64,000 nucleotides of DNA from Terriglobia bacterium (GCA_020073005.1 JAIQFX010000037.1:18-64017); one strand, 5' to 3'. Positions 8,834 through 18,202 are shown, numbered from the stretch's first letter. Program-made: numbers and translations. The notes: a model not told the origin generated them from the letters alone.

Positions 8834-10300
8834 CTACGGCTTCCCGGCGGGCACCGCTTTCAGGAACTCGGCATACGGCGCGACGGCGCCGTGAATCGGC
8901 ACGATGCGATCGATCTTCAGGTCGTGCTTCTTGATGTTCTCGAGCAGGTTGGCGGCATACGGGTTCACCGCGGAGCCCGGACTGAACACGTCCGCCTCGA
9001 CGAGCAGCCGCTCTTTCGGGAAGTACGCCATCAGCAGCGTGTCGGCGTGAGCACTGCCGGCGATGCGGTAGAGATTGACCGTCATCGCCGCGTCCTTGAG
9101 CGCCATCTCGTCGTCGACGGTCTCGATCTTCAGCGGCTTCGGATTCTTCGCGAGCGCGTCCGGCACGATCGAGTGCGACCGCGAGATCGCATCCTGATAG
9201 AAGGCGGCGTTCGCCTTCTGCGTGATGACCGTCAGGCCTTCCGAGACGGCCGCGCGGATGCCGCCCGAATGATCGAAGTGATGATGCGTGTTGACAACGG
9301 TGGTCAGCGGCTTGTCCGGCCGCAGCTCGCGCGCTTTCGCGATGACGGCGAGCGCGCGCGTGTCGTTCTGCGGCGTTTCGATCAGCGTCAGATGGTCCGC
9401 GAATTCCACGAGCACGCTGTGATGCGACTGGCCCGCGAGAAACCAGACACCCTTCGCGACCTCCTGCGCCGTCACGACCGCGGGCGGCGGACCGGTAATC
9501 GGCGGGGCTGACATCGCGGCAGCCGGCGCCGCGAGATCGCCCGCGTCGCCGTCGACGGTCTGCTTCGACACCTTGATGTCGACCGTCGTCCACTTGTCGG
9601 TCTTCGTCGTCAGGTGCGCCGGCAGCTTCAGCCCGTTGACGTCCTGGTAATCGGCAAAGCTCGTTTCGATCGCGACGTCGCCGAGGTTGATGTTGTCCGC
9701 CATCGACACGACGCGCGTCGGCAGCTTGGTGGCGATGTCGATCGCGAGCGTGAACTTCAGGCCGTTGGCCAGCGCGGCGTCGACGATGCGCTCCTTGTCG
9801 TGCGTCCGGGGGTTGGACAGGATGGTCGCCGCGTCGAGCGCGGCACGGACGATCGTGAGCGGATGGTGATAGAGATCCGCGCGTCGATCGTTCGCGGCGG
9901 CGTTCGCGACGCGCGTCGCGGTACCGTTCGGCGCGATGTTGTAGCCGACGCTTCCGTCGATGCCGAGCACCTGCTTCTGCGGCTGCTGGCCCTGGAAGTA
10001 CGTGAAGTTCGGCGTGCGCGTCTGCTCGATCCGCATGCGGCCGCCGGCGACGTCAATCGCGCGCTTGTAGTCGGTGAGGATGAACGCCTGCCCCGTCGCG
10101 TCAGGCGTCATGTCCTGGCCCAGGTTGCCGTCGAGCCCGGCGCCGTCGATGACGATCGTCTTGATGGCCTGCACGCGCGCGCGGCCGCCGAGCGCGTCGG
10201 CCGCGTCGTTGACGATCTGTTGCTCGGGCGGCGCCTGCGCGCACGCGCTGAGCGTAACGATCGCCAGCGGGGCCAGCAGCGCGAGAATGAGGCGGGACAT
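8834..10300 (-). CDS. secreted/lipoprotein MBL-fold metallo-hydrolase
   Basis: MSRLILALLAPLAIVTLSACAQ is a lipobox-like signal. VVNTHHHFDHSGGIRA is the HxHxDH metallo-beta-lactamase motif. The track start at 10318 is an alternative, 6 codons upstream. Confidence 0.8.
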   Translation of the reverse strand: MSRLILALLAPLAIVTLSACAQAPPEQQIVNDAADALGGRARVQAIKTIVIDGAGLDGNLGQDMTPDATGQAFILTDYKRAIDVAGGRMRIEQTRTPNFTYFQGQQPQKQVLGIDGSVGYNIAPNGTATRVANAAANDRRADLYHHPLTIVRAALDAATILSNPRTHDKERIVDAALANGLKFTLAIDIATKLPTRVVSMADNINLGDVAIETSFADYQDVNGLKLPAHLTTKTDKWTTVDIKVSKQTVDGDAGDLAAPAAAMSAPPITGPPPAVVTAQEVAKGVWFLAGQSHHSVLVEFADHLTLIETPQNDTRALAVIAKARELRPDKPLTTVVNTHHHFDHSGGIRAAVSEGLTVITQKANAAFYQDAISRSHSIVPDALAKNPKPLKIETVDDEMALKDAAMTVNLYRIAGSAHADTLLMAYFPKERLLVEADVFSPGSAVNPYAANLLENIKKHDLKIDRIVPIHGAVAPYAEFLKAVPAGKP

Positions 10301-10368
10301 GTGTGGCTCCTGATGCATGACGCGCGCAGCATAGCACCACGTGGACGGGTCTCATCCCGGTCTGACTC

Positions 10369-10426
10369 GGTCCGCCTGAAGGCGGACACCACGAATCCGC
10401 CCGTGGCGTCCGGCTTTAGCCGGACC
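10369..10426. repeat. head-to-head pair of REP-like 26-nt elements
   Basis: ggtccgcctgaaggcggacaccacga (10369-10394) faces the reverse-oriented cgtggcgtccggctttagccggacc (10402-10426). The pair is intergenic, directly abutting the stop of the BNR gene at 10427. Confidence 0.8.
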
Positions 10427-13400
10427 CTACCGATCGGGCCTGATCGCCGAGAGACCAGCGGTACTCGTCGTCCGATTGAACGCCGGCACGTCCTGATCCA
10501 TCACGCGGCTGAATTCCGCCCGCGCGGCCGCGAGATCCCGATCGATCCCTTCGAGCACTTCGAGCGACGCGTCGGTCGGACGATAATCGGCACCGCCCGC
10601 GACGTCGCCGGCGCCGCTGCCGACGACGCCGTTCAGCCAGACGAGATTCATGTAGATCTTGTAGGCCTCGACATACCACTTGTCGTCGCTGTGCAGATCA
10701 GTTCGTGACAGCAGCCGCAACTCGACCGCGAGCAGCTTCGCGTCCAGATCGTTCAGCGCCTTCTCCGCTGCCGCCTGGCCCTTGTGGCTCTTGAGCTGAT
10801 CCTCGATCTGCTTTCGCGCGATCTCGATGCGATTGATCATGTCGGCCGTCGCCGTCATGCGATCGCGGATGCGGATCTGCGCCGCGGTCGAGATCCCGAG
10901 GTCGGCGTCCGACGATGGAATCGCCGGATCCTTGAGCAGCTCGATCGGCTGCGTGTACGAGCGGCCGTTCACCGTCAGTCGCGCCGTGTATTTGCCCGGC
11001 GCCGCGATCGGCGCCGCGAACGCCGCCTGCTCGATGCCCCAGTGCACGATCGGCCGCGTCTCACGCCCTTTGAAGCGCGGCTCTTCCCAGATGTGCGGAT
11101 TGTCGGGCGGCGTCGTCCGCAGCTCGACCGCTTTCGGCGGGTCGTAGCGCAGATCCCACGCGGCGCGGTTGAGCCCGGCGCGCGCGGTGAACTGCATCGA
11201 GCGAATCGCCGAGCCGCCGGCGTCGAGGATCTCCAGCTTCACCGGATCGGCCGGCGCGGCCCTCAGCGAGTACAGGAGATCGACGGTCCCGCTGCGCGCC
11301 TGGCGGAAACCTGGTCGCGGCGCGTACAAGAACGCGTCGGCCGTCGTCGTCACCTGATCGCTCTGCTCGAGCCGCGTGATGTCGTTCAGGATGAACAGCC
11401 CGCGGCCGTACGTCGAGATGACGACGTCGTGCGCCAGCTTCGGCACGACGATCCACGTGACCGGCGCCGCCGGCAGGCCGTCCCTGAACTGCGTCCAGTG
11501 CCCGCCATCGTCCAGCGAGTAGAAGAAGCCGTGACCGGTGCCGGCGAACAGCATGCCGCGGCGATTCGGGTTCTCCGCGATCGACAACGCGTAAGAGAGT
11601 GGATGCTTCGACGGCAGGCCGTCGCTGATCTTTCTCCACGTCTGCCCGAAGTCCGTCGTCTTGTAGATGAACGGATCGCGGTTGTCGACGAGGTGAAAGT
11701 CGATCGTGACGTACGCCGTGCCCGCATCGAAGTGCGACGGCTCGATCTTTCTCACCGTTCCCCACGCGGGAAGACCGGGGATGTTCTTCGTCACGTCGTT
11801 CCAGCGGCCGCCGCCGTCGCGCGTGTTCCACACCTTGCCGTCGTTGGTGCCGGCCCAGATCAGGCCGCGCTGGATTTCAGACGGCGCGATCGCGAACACC
11901 AGCTCGCCGTAGAACTGCCCGAGGTTGTCGCCGATGATCCCGCCCGACGACACGATGCGCGAGGCGTCCTGCGTCGAGAGATCGGGGCTGATCACCTTCC
12001 AGCTCTGGCCGCCGTCAGACGTGCTGAAGATCACCTGGCAGCCGAAGTACACCGTGTTGTGATCGAACGGATCGATCGCGAGCGGCGGCGTCCAGTGACA
12101 GCGGTACTTGACGTCGGTCGGCGCCGAATCGAGCGTGTGCATCGTCGGGCTCACCGAACGCGCGCGCTTCGTGCGCGCGTCGTAGCGCGTGACCTCGGCG
12201 CCGTAGCAGCTCGCCCAGACGATATCCGGATTGGTGAGGTCCGGCAGCGTGAAGCCCGACTCGCATCCGCCGAGATTCGGCTGCCACGGCGTGACGCCGA
12301 TGCCGCCGGCGCCGCCGCGACCGCGTCCGCCACCACCGCCGCCGCGGCCTCCGCGTCCGCCTGCCGCCGCCGGATCGACGATGCCCGAACCGACGCCGGT
12401 GATGCCTCGATACGACGGGACATTCCCAACCGCGACCGGTGAGTCGCTCGGTCCGCGCATCGTGCCATCGTCCTGGCGATTGCTGTAGATCCAGTACGGC
12501 GCCTGGTTGTCGACGGCGACGTGATACATCTGACCGATCGGCAGCGCGATCTGGTTGAACGTGCGTCCGTGATCGGTCGTGATGCCCATCCCGCCGTCGC
12601 CGGTCGCGACCCAGTGATCGGCGTTCTTCTGATCCATCCAGATGTCGTGGCAGTCGCCGCAGCCGCCGCCGTTGTTGATCGTGAAGTTCCGGCCGCCGTC
12701 GAGCGATCGATGGAAGCTGCTGTTCGCGATCAGCACTTCGTCCGCGTTCTTCGGATTGACGTCGATGCGGATGTAGTAGCCCGCGCGGCCGATCAGCGTG
12801 CGGTCCCAGCTGACCACTTTCCACGTAAGAGCGCCATCGTCCGATCGCCAGAGCGATCCCTGGTTCGCGGTCTGAATCAGCGCGTACGCGCGCGTCGCGT
12901 CCGACGGCGCGATGGCGACATCGATCTTGCCCACCGGCGGCTTCGGCAGACCGGTCTCGCCTTTCTTCCACGTCGCGCCGCCGTCGCGCGTGACGTAGAC
13001 GCCGCTGCCGGGTCCGCCGCTCAGCTCGGCCCACGTGTGCATCTCGACCTGCCACATGCCGGCGACGAGCACGTTCGGATCGTGCGCGTCCAGCGTCAGG
13101 CCCGAGCAGCCGGTGTTCGCGTCGGCGAAGAGCGATTGCGTCCACGTCTGGCCGCCGTCGATCGTCTTGTAGACGCCGCGCTCCTGCTGAGGACCGGTCG
13201 TGCGGCCCAGCGCGCAGACGTAGACGATGTTCGTGTTCGTCGGATGAACGATGATGCGGCCGATGCGCCCTGTTTCGGCGAGACCCATGTTCTTCCAGGT
13301 CTTACCGGCGTCAGCCGACTTGTAGACGCCGTCGCCCATCACGTCGCTGTCGCGAATCGCCCACGCTTCGCCGGTGCCGGCCCACACCTGATTCGCATCC

Positions 13401-13696
13401 GAGGGCGCGACCGCGAGCGCGCCGATCGCCTGCACCGGCTGATCGTCGAACACCGGTTCGAACGTGCGCGCGCCGTCGGTCGATTTCCAGACACCACCCG
13501 ATGCGGCGCCGGCGTAGTAAACATTTGTATCGCCGGGCACGCCGGCGACAGCCGCGATGCGGCCCGCGCTTTCCGGTCCCATGTAGCGGAAGCGGAATGG
13601 CAATGGCGCCTGCGCGGCGGGCGGAGCCGTCTGCTGCGCCAGAGCCGCCGCACCGAGAATCGCGACACAGAGGAGTTTGGAGAAGAACCGCATCAT
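10427..13696 (-). CDS. secreted sortilin/VPS10-type BNR (Asp-box) beta-propeller protein
   Basis: Signal MMRFFSKLLCVAILGAAALAQQ (start 13696 or 13693; the track ORF extends to 13744). Asp-box-like motifs recur: GVWKSTDGARTF, VYKSADAGKTW, VYKTIDGGQTW, YVTRDGGATW, LWRSDDGALTW, FHRSLDGGRNF, ITTDHGRTF, STSDGGQSW, NTRDGGGRW, YKTTDFGQTW, YSLDDGGHW. Confidence 0.85.
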   Translation of the reverse strand: MMRFFSKLLCVAILGAAALAQQTAPPAAQAPLPFRFRYMGPESAGRIAAVAGVPGDTNVYYAGAASGGVWKSTDGARTFEPVFDDQPVQAIGALAVAPSDANQVWAGTGEAWAIRDSDVMGDGVYKSADAGKTWKNMGLAETGRIGRIIVHPTNTNIVYVCALGRTTGPQQERGVYKTIDGGQTWTQSLFADANTGCSGLTLDAHDPNVLVAGMWQVEMHTWAELSGGPGSGVYVTRDGGATWKKGETGLPKPPVGKIDVAIAPSDATRAYALIQTANQGSLWRSDDGALTWKVVSWDRTLIGRAGYYIRIDVNPKNADEVLIANSSFHRSLDGGRNFTINNGGGCGDCHDIWMDQKNADHWVATGDGGMGITTDHGRTFNQIALPIGQMYHVAVDNQAPYWIYSNRQDDGTMRGPSDSPVAVGNVPSYRGITGVGSGIVDPAAAGGRGGRGGGGGGRGRGGAGGIGVTPWQPNLGGCESGFTLPDLTNPDIVWASCYGAEVTRYDARTKRARSVSPTMHTLDSAPTDVKYRCHWTPPLAIDPFDHNTVYFGCQVIFSTSDGGQSWKVISPDLSTQDASRIVSSGGIIGDNLGQFYGELVFAIAPSEIQRGLIWAGTNDGKVWNTRDGGGRWNDVTKNIPGLPAWGTVRKIEPSHFDAGTAYVTIDFHLVDNRDPFIYKTTDFGQTWRKISDGLPSKHPLSYALSIAENPNRRGMLFAGTGHGFFYSLDDGGHWTQFRDGLPAAPVTWIVVPKLAHDVVISTYGRGLFILNDITRLEQSDQVTTTADAFLYAPRPGFRQARSGTVDLLYSLRAAPADPVKLEILDAGGSAIRSMQFTARAGLNRAAWDLRYDPPKAVELRTTPPDNPHIWEEPRFKGRETRPIVHWGIEQAAFAAPIAAPGKYTARLTVNGRSYTQPIELLKDPAIPSSDADLGISTAAQIRIRDRMTATADMINRIEIARKQIEDQLKSHKGQAAAEKALNDLDAKLLAVELRLLSRTDLHSDDKWYVEAYKIYMNLVWLNGVVGSGAGDVAGGADYRPTDASLEVLEGIDRDLAAARAEFSRVMDQDVPAFNRTTSTAGLSAIRPDR

Positions 13697-13749
13697 AAGA
13701 ACCTCTTGAATAACGCCGCGCGTGTGTACCGCGATAGCATACAAGAACG

Positions 13750-14574
13750 ATGGAGCAGGCTTGGGACCTCGTGCTCGCCGCCGCCAGGGACGCCGAATCT
13801 CTCGCGCGCGCGAGCCGGTGGCCGGCCGACGATCGCGCGCGCCCGCTGGTCGACCTGTATTTGCCGATTTGCGCCGCCACGGCCATGCGGCCGGTCACGG
13901 TCGGCCATCTCGGGCAGAGCCTCGACGGCTTCATCGCGACGCACGCCGGCGAATCGCGCTTCGTCACGGGCGAAGAAAACATCCTGCACCTGCACCGCAT
14001 GCGCGCGCTGAGCGACGCCGTCGTCGTCGGCGCCGGGACCGTGGCCGCCGACGACCCGCGGCTCACCACGCGTCTCGTTCCCGGTCCGAGTCCACTGCGC
14101 GTCGTCCTCGATCCGACGCGCCGGCTCGAGCCGCGTCACAAAGTGTTCACCGACGACTCGGTCGAAACGCTCTATGTCTGTTCGCGGGCGCTCGTCACGC
14201 CGGGCGAACGCTGTTTCGGCCGCGCGACGATCGTCGGCGTCCAGAGCAACGCGGACGGCGTGGATCTCGTCGAGCTGCGGCGGCTGCTCCGCGATCGCGG
14301 GTGCGCGCGGATTTTCGTCGAGGGCGGCGGGGTGACCGTGTCCGCGTTCCTCGCGGCGGGCCTGCTCGATCGTCTGCACATCGCGGTCGCGCCGCTGCTG
14401 ATTGGCGACGGACGTCCGGCGATCCGCATTCCGCCGCCCGCGGCGCTGAACGAATGCCATCGGCCGCGCTATCGCGTGTTCCGCATGGGCGGCGACGTCT
14501 TGTTCGATTGCGAGCTCACGCCGCGCGACGAGACGGCTGGCGACGCGCAGCCTGGCCTTACGCGCGTGATTTAG
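13750..14574 (+). CDS. RibD C-terminal-domain / dihydrofolate-reductase-like reductase
   Basis: 274 aa. GQSLDGFIATHAGESRFVTGEENILHLHRMRALSDAVVVGAGTVAADDPRLTTR ... PLRVVLD ... RIFVEGGGVTVSAFLAAGLLDRLHIAVAPLLIG. Confidence 0.7.
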   Translation: MEQAWDLVLAAARDAESLARASRWPADDRARPLVDLYLPICAATAMRPVTVGHLGQSLDGFIATHAGESRFVTGEENILHLHRMRALSDAVVVGAGTVAADDPRLTTRLVPGPSPLRVVLDPTRRLEPRHKVFTDDSVETLYVCSRALVTPGERCFGRATIVGVQSNADGVDLVELRRLLRDRGCARIFVEGGGVTVSAFLAAGLLDRLHIAVAPLLIGDGRPAIRIPPPAALNECHRPRYRVFRMGGDVLFDCELTPRDETAGDAQPGLTRVI

Positions 14575-16045
14575 GCCAGGCCGCGAGATCTTCGTGGCCG
14601 ACGATGAGTTTCGATCGACCGGCCGCGACGAGTGCGAGGCGGCGGGTGCGCCACGCGTCGATCGTTTCCTTTCGCGCGCCCTCGATCTCTGCCGCCGCTC
14701 GCGCCCAGCCGTCGATCAACTCCTCCTGCAGCTCGCGCGACTCCGGCGTCAATACCCAATCGCTCCGCTCGCGCCGCACCTGGTAGCCGAGGCCGCTGAA
14801 ACAGCGCGCGGCCACGCTGGCGGCGTCAGGCCCAAGCGCGGGACCGAATCCTTTGTCGGTCCGCTGATGCCGGTTGACGAGATCGCGGACCAGCGCATCG
14901 TCCGGATCCGCTGGTGCGCATTCGATCCGGCCGTCGTACGTGAGCGCGAACAGGACGACGGAGCGATTCGCGGCGCAGCGCTCCGCGAGCGCGCGAAGCC
15001 AGGATTCGGAAACGAGATCGAGCAGCGCGGATGCGGTGACGAGATCACAATCCACGAACACCTCGTCGAGTCTGTTGAGATCGATCACGCGCGTCGCCGC
15101 TGACGGGATGCGTTTCGCCGCGCGCGCGAGCAGACTCGCATCACGGTCGACGAGCAGCCACTGCTGCGGCGGCGGGAGACGATCCATCAGGTAGCGCGCG
15201 TTGGCGCCGGTGCCGGCGCCGAGATCGAGAATCCGTAGTGGTCGCGTCGGCGGAAGCGCGCTCACGAGTACTTCGGTCAGCGATGCGGATCGCGCGGCAG
15301 TATCCGCGGACTCGCGCAGCGCGAGCCAGTCGGCGGAGAACGCCTGGTCCGGCTGAAGCCGGACGCCACGAATGACGGACAGCGCTGCCGCCATCTTCGT
15401 GACCTGCTGATCCCATGTCGGAATCCGATCGCGTGCCAGCTGCGCGCCGCGAGTCAGTTGCGCGCGCAGGCTCGCATCGGTCAGGACGCGCCTCAGCGCC
15501 GACGCGAGGGCGTCTGCGTCGCCGGGCGGGACGAGAAGTCCTGCGCTGAGGTCCGGCTGAAGCCGGGCCCCACGTACTAATTCTTCGATGCCGCCGGTCG
15601 CCGTGCTGACCACCGGCACGCCGTGCGCCAGCGCTTCGGCGACGACCATGCCGTAACCCTCATACAGCGTCGGCAGGACGAACAGATCGGCGCGCGCGTA
15701 CTCGGCGTCGAGCGTCGCACCGGCCATGTCGCCGGCGAACGTCACGCGATCCTCGAGTCCCTCCCCGCGCACCTGCGCGCGCAGACGCGTGGTCAGCGCG
15801 GGATCGCGATCGAGGCCACCGACGCACGTCAGCCGCCATTCGACATCGCGCAACATCGCGAGCGCGCGAAACAGAATGTCGTGGCCCTTGCGAGGGATGA
15901 CCGTCGCGACGCAGAGGAGACGAGGTGGCTGGTGGCTGGTGGCTGGTGGCTGGGATGCGGTGGCTGGTGACTGGCGGCTGGTGGCTGGAGGACGGCCAGC
16001 ATCTTCGCCGTCGCGCGACTCGTGACGATGACTTGCCTGGCGCAC
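14558..16045 (-). CDS. glycosyltransferase C-terminal half fused to a class I SAM-dependent methyltransferase domain
   Basis: The track ORF is 495 aa. RLLCVATVIPRKGHDILFRAL ... LFVLPTLYEGYGMVVAEALAHGVPVVSTATGGIEELV is a GT-B C-terminal domain. RILDLGAGTGANARYLMDRL ... LLVDRD ... DLVTASALLDL are methyltransferase motifs I and post-I. Two REP-like elements (15346, 15550) lie in-frame. The N-terminal roughly 40 aa are heptamer-array translation. Confidence 0.7.
   Translation of the reverse strand: MRQASHRHESRDGEDAGRPPATSRQSPATASQPPATSHQPPRLLCVATVIPRKGHDILFRALAMLRDVEWRLTCVGGLDRDPALTTRLRAQVRGEGLEDRVTFAGDMAGATLDAEYARADLFVLPTLYEGYGMVVAEALAHGVPVVSTATGGIEELVRGARLQPDLSAGLLVPPGDADALASALRRVLTDASLRAQLTRGAQLARDRIPTWDQQVTKMAAALSVIRGVRLQPDQAFSADWLALRESADTAARSASLTEVLVSALPPTRPLRILDLGAGTGANARYLMDRLPPPQQWLLVDRDASLLARAAKRIPSAATRVIDLNRLDEVFVDCDLVTASALLDLVSESWLRALAERCAANRSVVLFALTYDGRIECAPADPDDALVRDLVNRHQRTDKGFGPALGPDAASVAARCFSGLGYQVRRERSDWVLTPESRELQEELIDGWARAAAEIEGARKETIDAWRTRRLALVAAGRSKLIVGHEDLAAWPKSRA
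15346..15371 (+). repeat. REP-like 26-nt element translated in-frame (antisense orientation) at the GT/methyltransferase junction
   Basis: ggtccggctgaagccggacgccacga is read on the minus strand as ...VIRGVRLQPDQ..., linking the two enzyme domains. Confidence 0.75.
15550..15575 (+). repeat. REP-like element translated in-frame inside the glycosyltransferase C-terminal domain
   Basis: ggtccggctgaagccgggccccacgt is read on the minus strand as ...ELVRGARLQPDLSAG... Confidence 0.7.
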
Positions 16046-16419
16046 GCGAGGGCGCGACGCTCGCTGGCGTTCAGCCTCGCCGCCAGCGCCGCATCGATGC
16101 CGGTTTCCGCCGCGAGCGGATGATGCACGAGCGCGATCAACCGCAATCGATCGCGTTCGCGTTCCGCTTCGGCAGGCATCGCGCCGAACGCGAGACCGTC
16201 GACGAGCACGGTCGCGCCGTCCGGAATCTCGCCGAGCACGCGCGCCGCCCGAGCACGCGCGGCCGGTGTCGGCGACGGAAAGCTGCCGTCGATCTCGCGC
16301 ACGTCGACGGTCCAGCCGCGATCGCGCAGCCCGGCGATCATGCGCCGGTCGTACGCGTATCCGCCGGTCAGCGTCTGGAGATCGCCAGGAACGACTACGA
16401 CGAGTGCGGCTGGGCCCAT
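15829..16419 (-). pseudogene. glycosyltransferase N-terminal half, out of frame with its C-terminal half (break inside the heptamer array)
   Basis: MGPAALVVVVPGDLQTLTGGYAYDRRMIAGLRDRGW ... LIALVHHPLAAE ... ERRALACARQVIVTSRATAKML is a GT-B N-terminal domain. The frame then reads through the repeat and stops at 15829. The C-terminal half resumes in the frame of ORF 14558..16045 (16419-16045=374, which is 2 mod 3). Confidence 0.55.
15924..15986. repeat. tandem heptamer array, 9 units of GGTGGCT (6 perfect, 3 variant)
   Basis: Read directly: ggtggct x4, gggatgc, ggtggct, ggtgact, ggcggct, ggtggct. It lies exactly between the two out-of-frame halves of the glycosyltransferase. Confidence 0.85.
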
Positions 16420-16832
16420 CGCAGGAACGCGTCGGTGATCCGGTCGTCGTAAGTGGCCGACGCGACGTGCGATTCGTGGAGCGTCACGCGCAGACTCTCG
16501 ATCGCGCTGGCGCCCTGGCCGAGCTCACCGTGGCGGATCGCCGCCACCATCCGGTCGAACACGACCCGCGCGAGAAACTCCGTCGTCGTGTTGTGGCCTT
16601 TGAAGAGCGGATCCTCGTCGAGGTTGCGGCAGTTCAGACCGGCGCAAATCGCCTTGAGCGACTCGGCCGCGCGCCCGATGTCCACGACGATGCCGTCGGC
16701 GTCGACTTTCTGCCGGCGGAACTCGACGTCGACGATGAACGTGGCGCCGTGCAGCTTCTGCGCGGGACCGAAGACGTCGCCCTTGAAGCTGTGGGCCACC
16801 ATGAAATGATCGCGGACCGTCACTGAATACAT
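16395..16832 (-). CDS. 6-pyruvoyl-tetrahydropterin synthase / QueD-family enzyme
   Basis: MYSVTVRDHFMVAHSFKGDVFGPAQKLHGATFIVDVEF ... NCRNLDE ... TTEFLARVVFDRM ... LRVTLHESH. The track ORF's extra 12 N-terminal aa (MASAFRRTRSVS) are REP-element translation, so the start is placed at 16832. Confidence 0.75.
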   Translation of the reverse strand: MYSVTVRDHFMVAHSFKGDVFGPAQKLHGATFIVDVEFRRQKVDADGIVVDIGRAAESLKAICAGLNCRNLDEDPLFKGHNTTTEFLARVVFDRMVAAIRHGELGQGASAIESLRVTLHESHVASATYDDRITDAFLRWAQPHSS

Positions 16833-16844
16833 TGAAACACTCCG

Positions 16845-16870
16845 GGTCCGCCTGAAGGCGGACGCCACTG
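16845..16870 (+). repeat. REP-like 26-nt element between the Zn-dehydrogenase and the PTPS-like gene
   Basis: ggtccgcctgaaggcggacgccactg, with a perfect 7-bp stem and a tgaa loop. Confidence 0.8.
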
Positions 16871-16872
16871 AT

Positions 16873-17847
16873 CTAGTACTTGATGCGATGACATAGCGTG
16901 TTGCCGGGTGACGCCGACAGTTCCGCCATCACCTTGGGCAGCGCGTCGAAGTTGCTCTCGCCGCTGATCAGAATATCCAGCACGGGATCCACGAGCGACG
17001 CCAGCGCGAACTGCATCCGCCGGTTCGTATCCCACCGTGCCCGCTGCGACGTCGCGACGTGACCCACCTGCGACGACTTCAGCGTCAGCCGGCGCGCGTG
17101 AAATTCGGCGCCGAGCGCCAGGGGGACCGCCGTGTCGCCGTACCAGCTCATCTCGACGACCGTCGTTTCGAATCCCGCGGCGCGCAGCGCGACCGTGAGT
17201 CCGTCAGGCGACCCGCTCGCGTGGATCACGACGTCGGCATCCTGCGGCGCCGCGGACGGCGACGCGAACCGCACGCCGAGCGCCCGCGCGACGGACGCGC
17301 GCTGCGGGTTGAGGTCGATCAGGTGAACTTCGCAGCCGTGCACGCGCGCGGCGAGCCACGCGACGAGACAACCCACCGTGCCCGCGCCGACGACGACGAC
17401 GCGATCGCCGATGTGCGGCCGCGCGTCCCAGAGTCCGTTGATCGCCGTCTCGAGATTGGCCGTGAGCACCGCGCGCGGCGGCGGCACCGCGTCCGGCAGC
17501 ACGCGCACCGCGCTTGCGGGCACGACGTAGCGCGTCTGGTGCGGGAACAGCGTGAACACGTGACGGCCTACGAGTTCGCGCGGACCGCGCTCCACTTCAC
17601 CGACGCTGGCGTAGCCGTACTTCACCGGCGCGGGAAACTCGCCGGCCTGAAACGGCGCGCGCATGCGCGCGTACTCGCTCGGCGGCACGCGGCCCTGAAA
17701 GACGAGCGCTTCGGTGCCGCGGCTGATGCCGCTGAAGCGCGCGCGGACGACGACGTCGGTCGCGGACGGCGCGGCGAGCGTTTCGTCGCGGATCTCGCCG
17801 CGTCCCGGGGCGGCGATCCAGAAAGCACGCGCCTGCTCTGACGCCAT
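16873..17847 (-). CDS. zinc-binding alcohol dehydrogenase / MDR-family oxidoreductase
   Basis: 324 aa. VVVRARFSGISRGTEALVFQGRVP ... YGYASVGEV ... VVVVGAGTVGCLVAWLAA (Rossmann GxGxxG). Confidence 0.75.
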   Translation of the reverse strand: MASEQARAFWIAAPGRGEIRDETLAAPSATDVVVRARFSGISRGTEALVFQGRVPPSEYARMRAPFQAGEFPAPVKYGYASVGEVERGPRELVGRHVFTLFPHQTRYVVPASAVRVLPDAVPPPRAVLTANLETAINGLWDARPHIGDRVVVVGAGTVGCLVAWLAARVHGCEVHLIDLNPQRASVARALGVRFASPSAAPQDADVVIHASGSPDGLTVALRAAGFETTVVEMSWYGDTAVPLALGAEFHARRLTLKSSQVGHVATSQRARWDTNRRMQFALASLVDPVLDILISGESNFDALPKVMAELSASPGNTLCHRIKY

Positions 17848-17915
17848 CCGGCTAATTCTGTCGCTTCACGGCGCACGATACAATGCGGGGATCCAAGTAC
17901 TGACGACGGTATTCA

Positions 17916-18178
17916 CCACGGAGGACACGGAGGAGAAGTCGTGGTTCGTACAAAATGATTCGGATGTGGCGACAACGATGAACGCAGAGATCGCGGAGAC
18001 TGCAGAGTCGCTCGACGCGCCGCCGCTGCGCGGCGGGACCGGCACAGCCAATCGCGGACGAGCGACACGTGCCCCTCGATCTGTCGTTCGTCCGGGATTG
18101 GCGTGCCGGGCTGGCTCGGCCTGCTTTGCAGGCCGACCGCGACGAGCGTGAATCTGCGGCCCACCGTGTCCTCCGTGG
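17916..18178. repeat. 15-bp inverted repeats flanking a 233-nt intergenic segment (MITE-like or structured element)
   Basis: ccacggaggacacgg at 17916-17930 pairs with ccgtgtcctccgtgg at 18164-18178. An internal perfect hairpin tcggcctgc-ttt-gcaggccga lies at 18116-18136. The element sits in the divergent promoter region between 17847 and 18203. Confidence 0.5.
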
Positions 18179-18202
18179 TTACTCGTCCGTCTGCCAGCCT
18201 GT

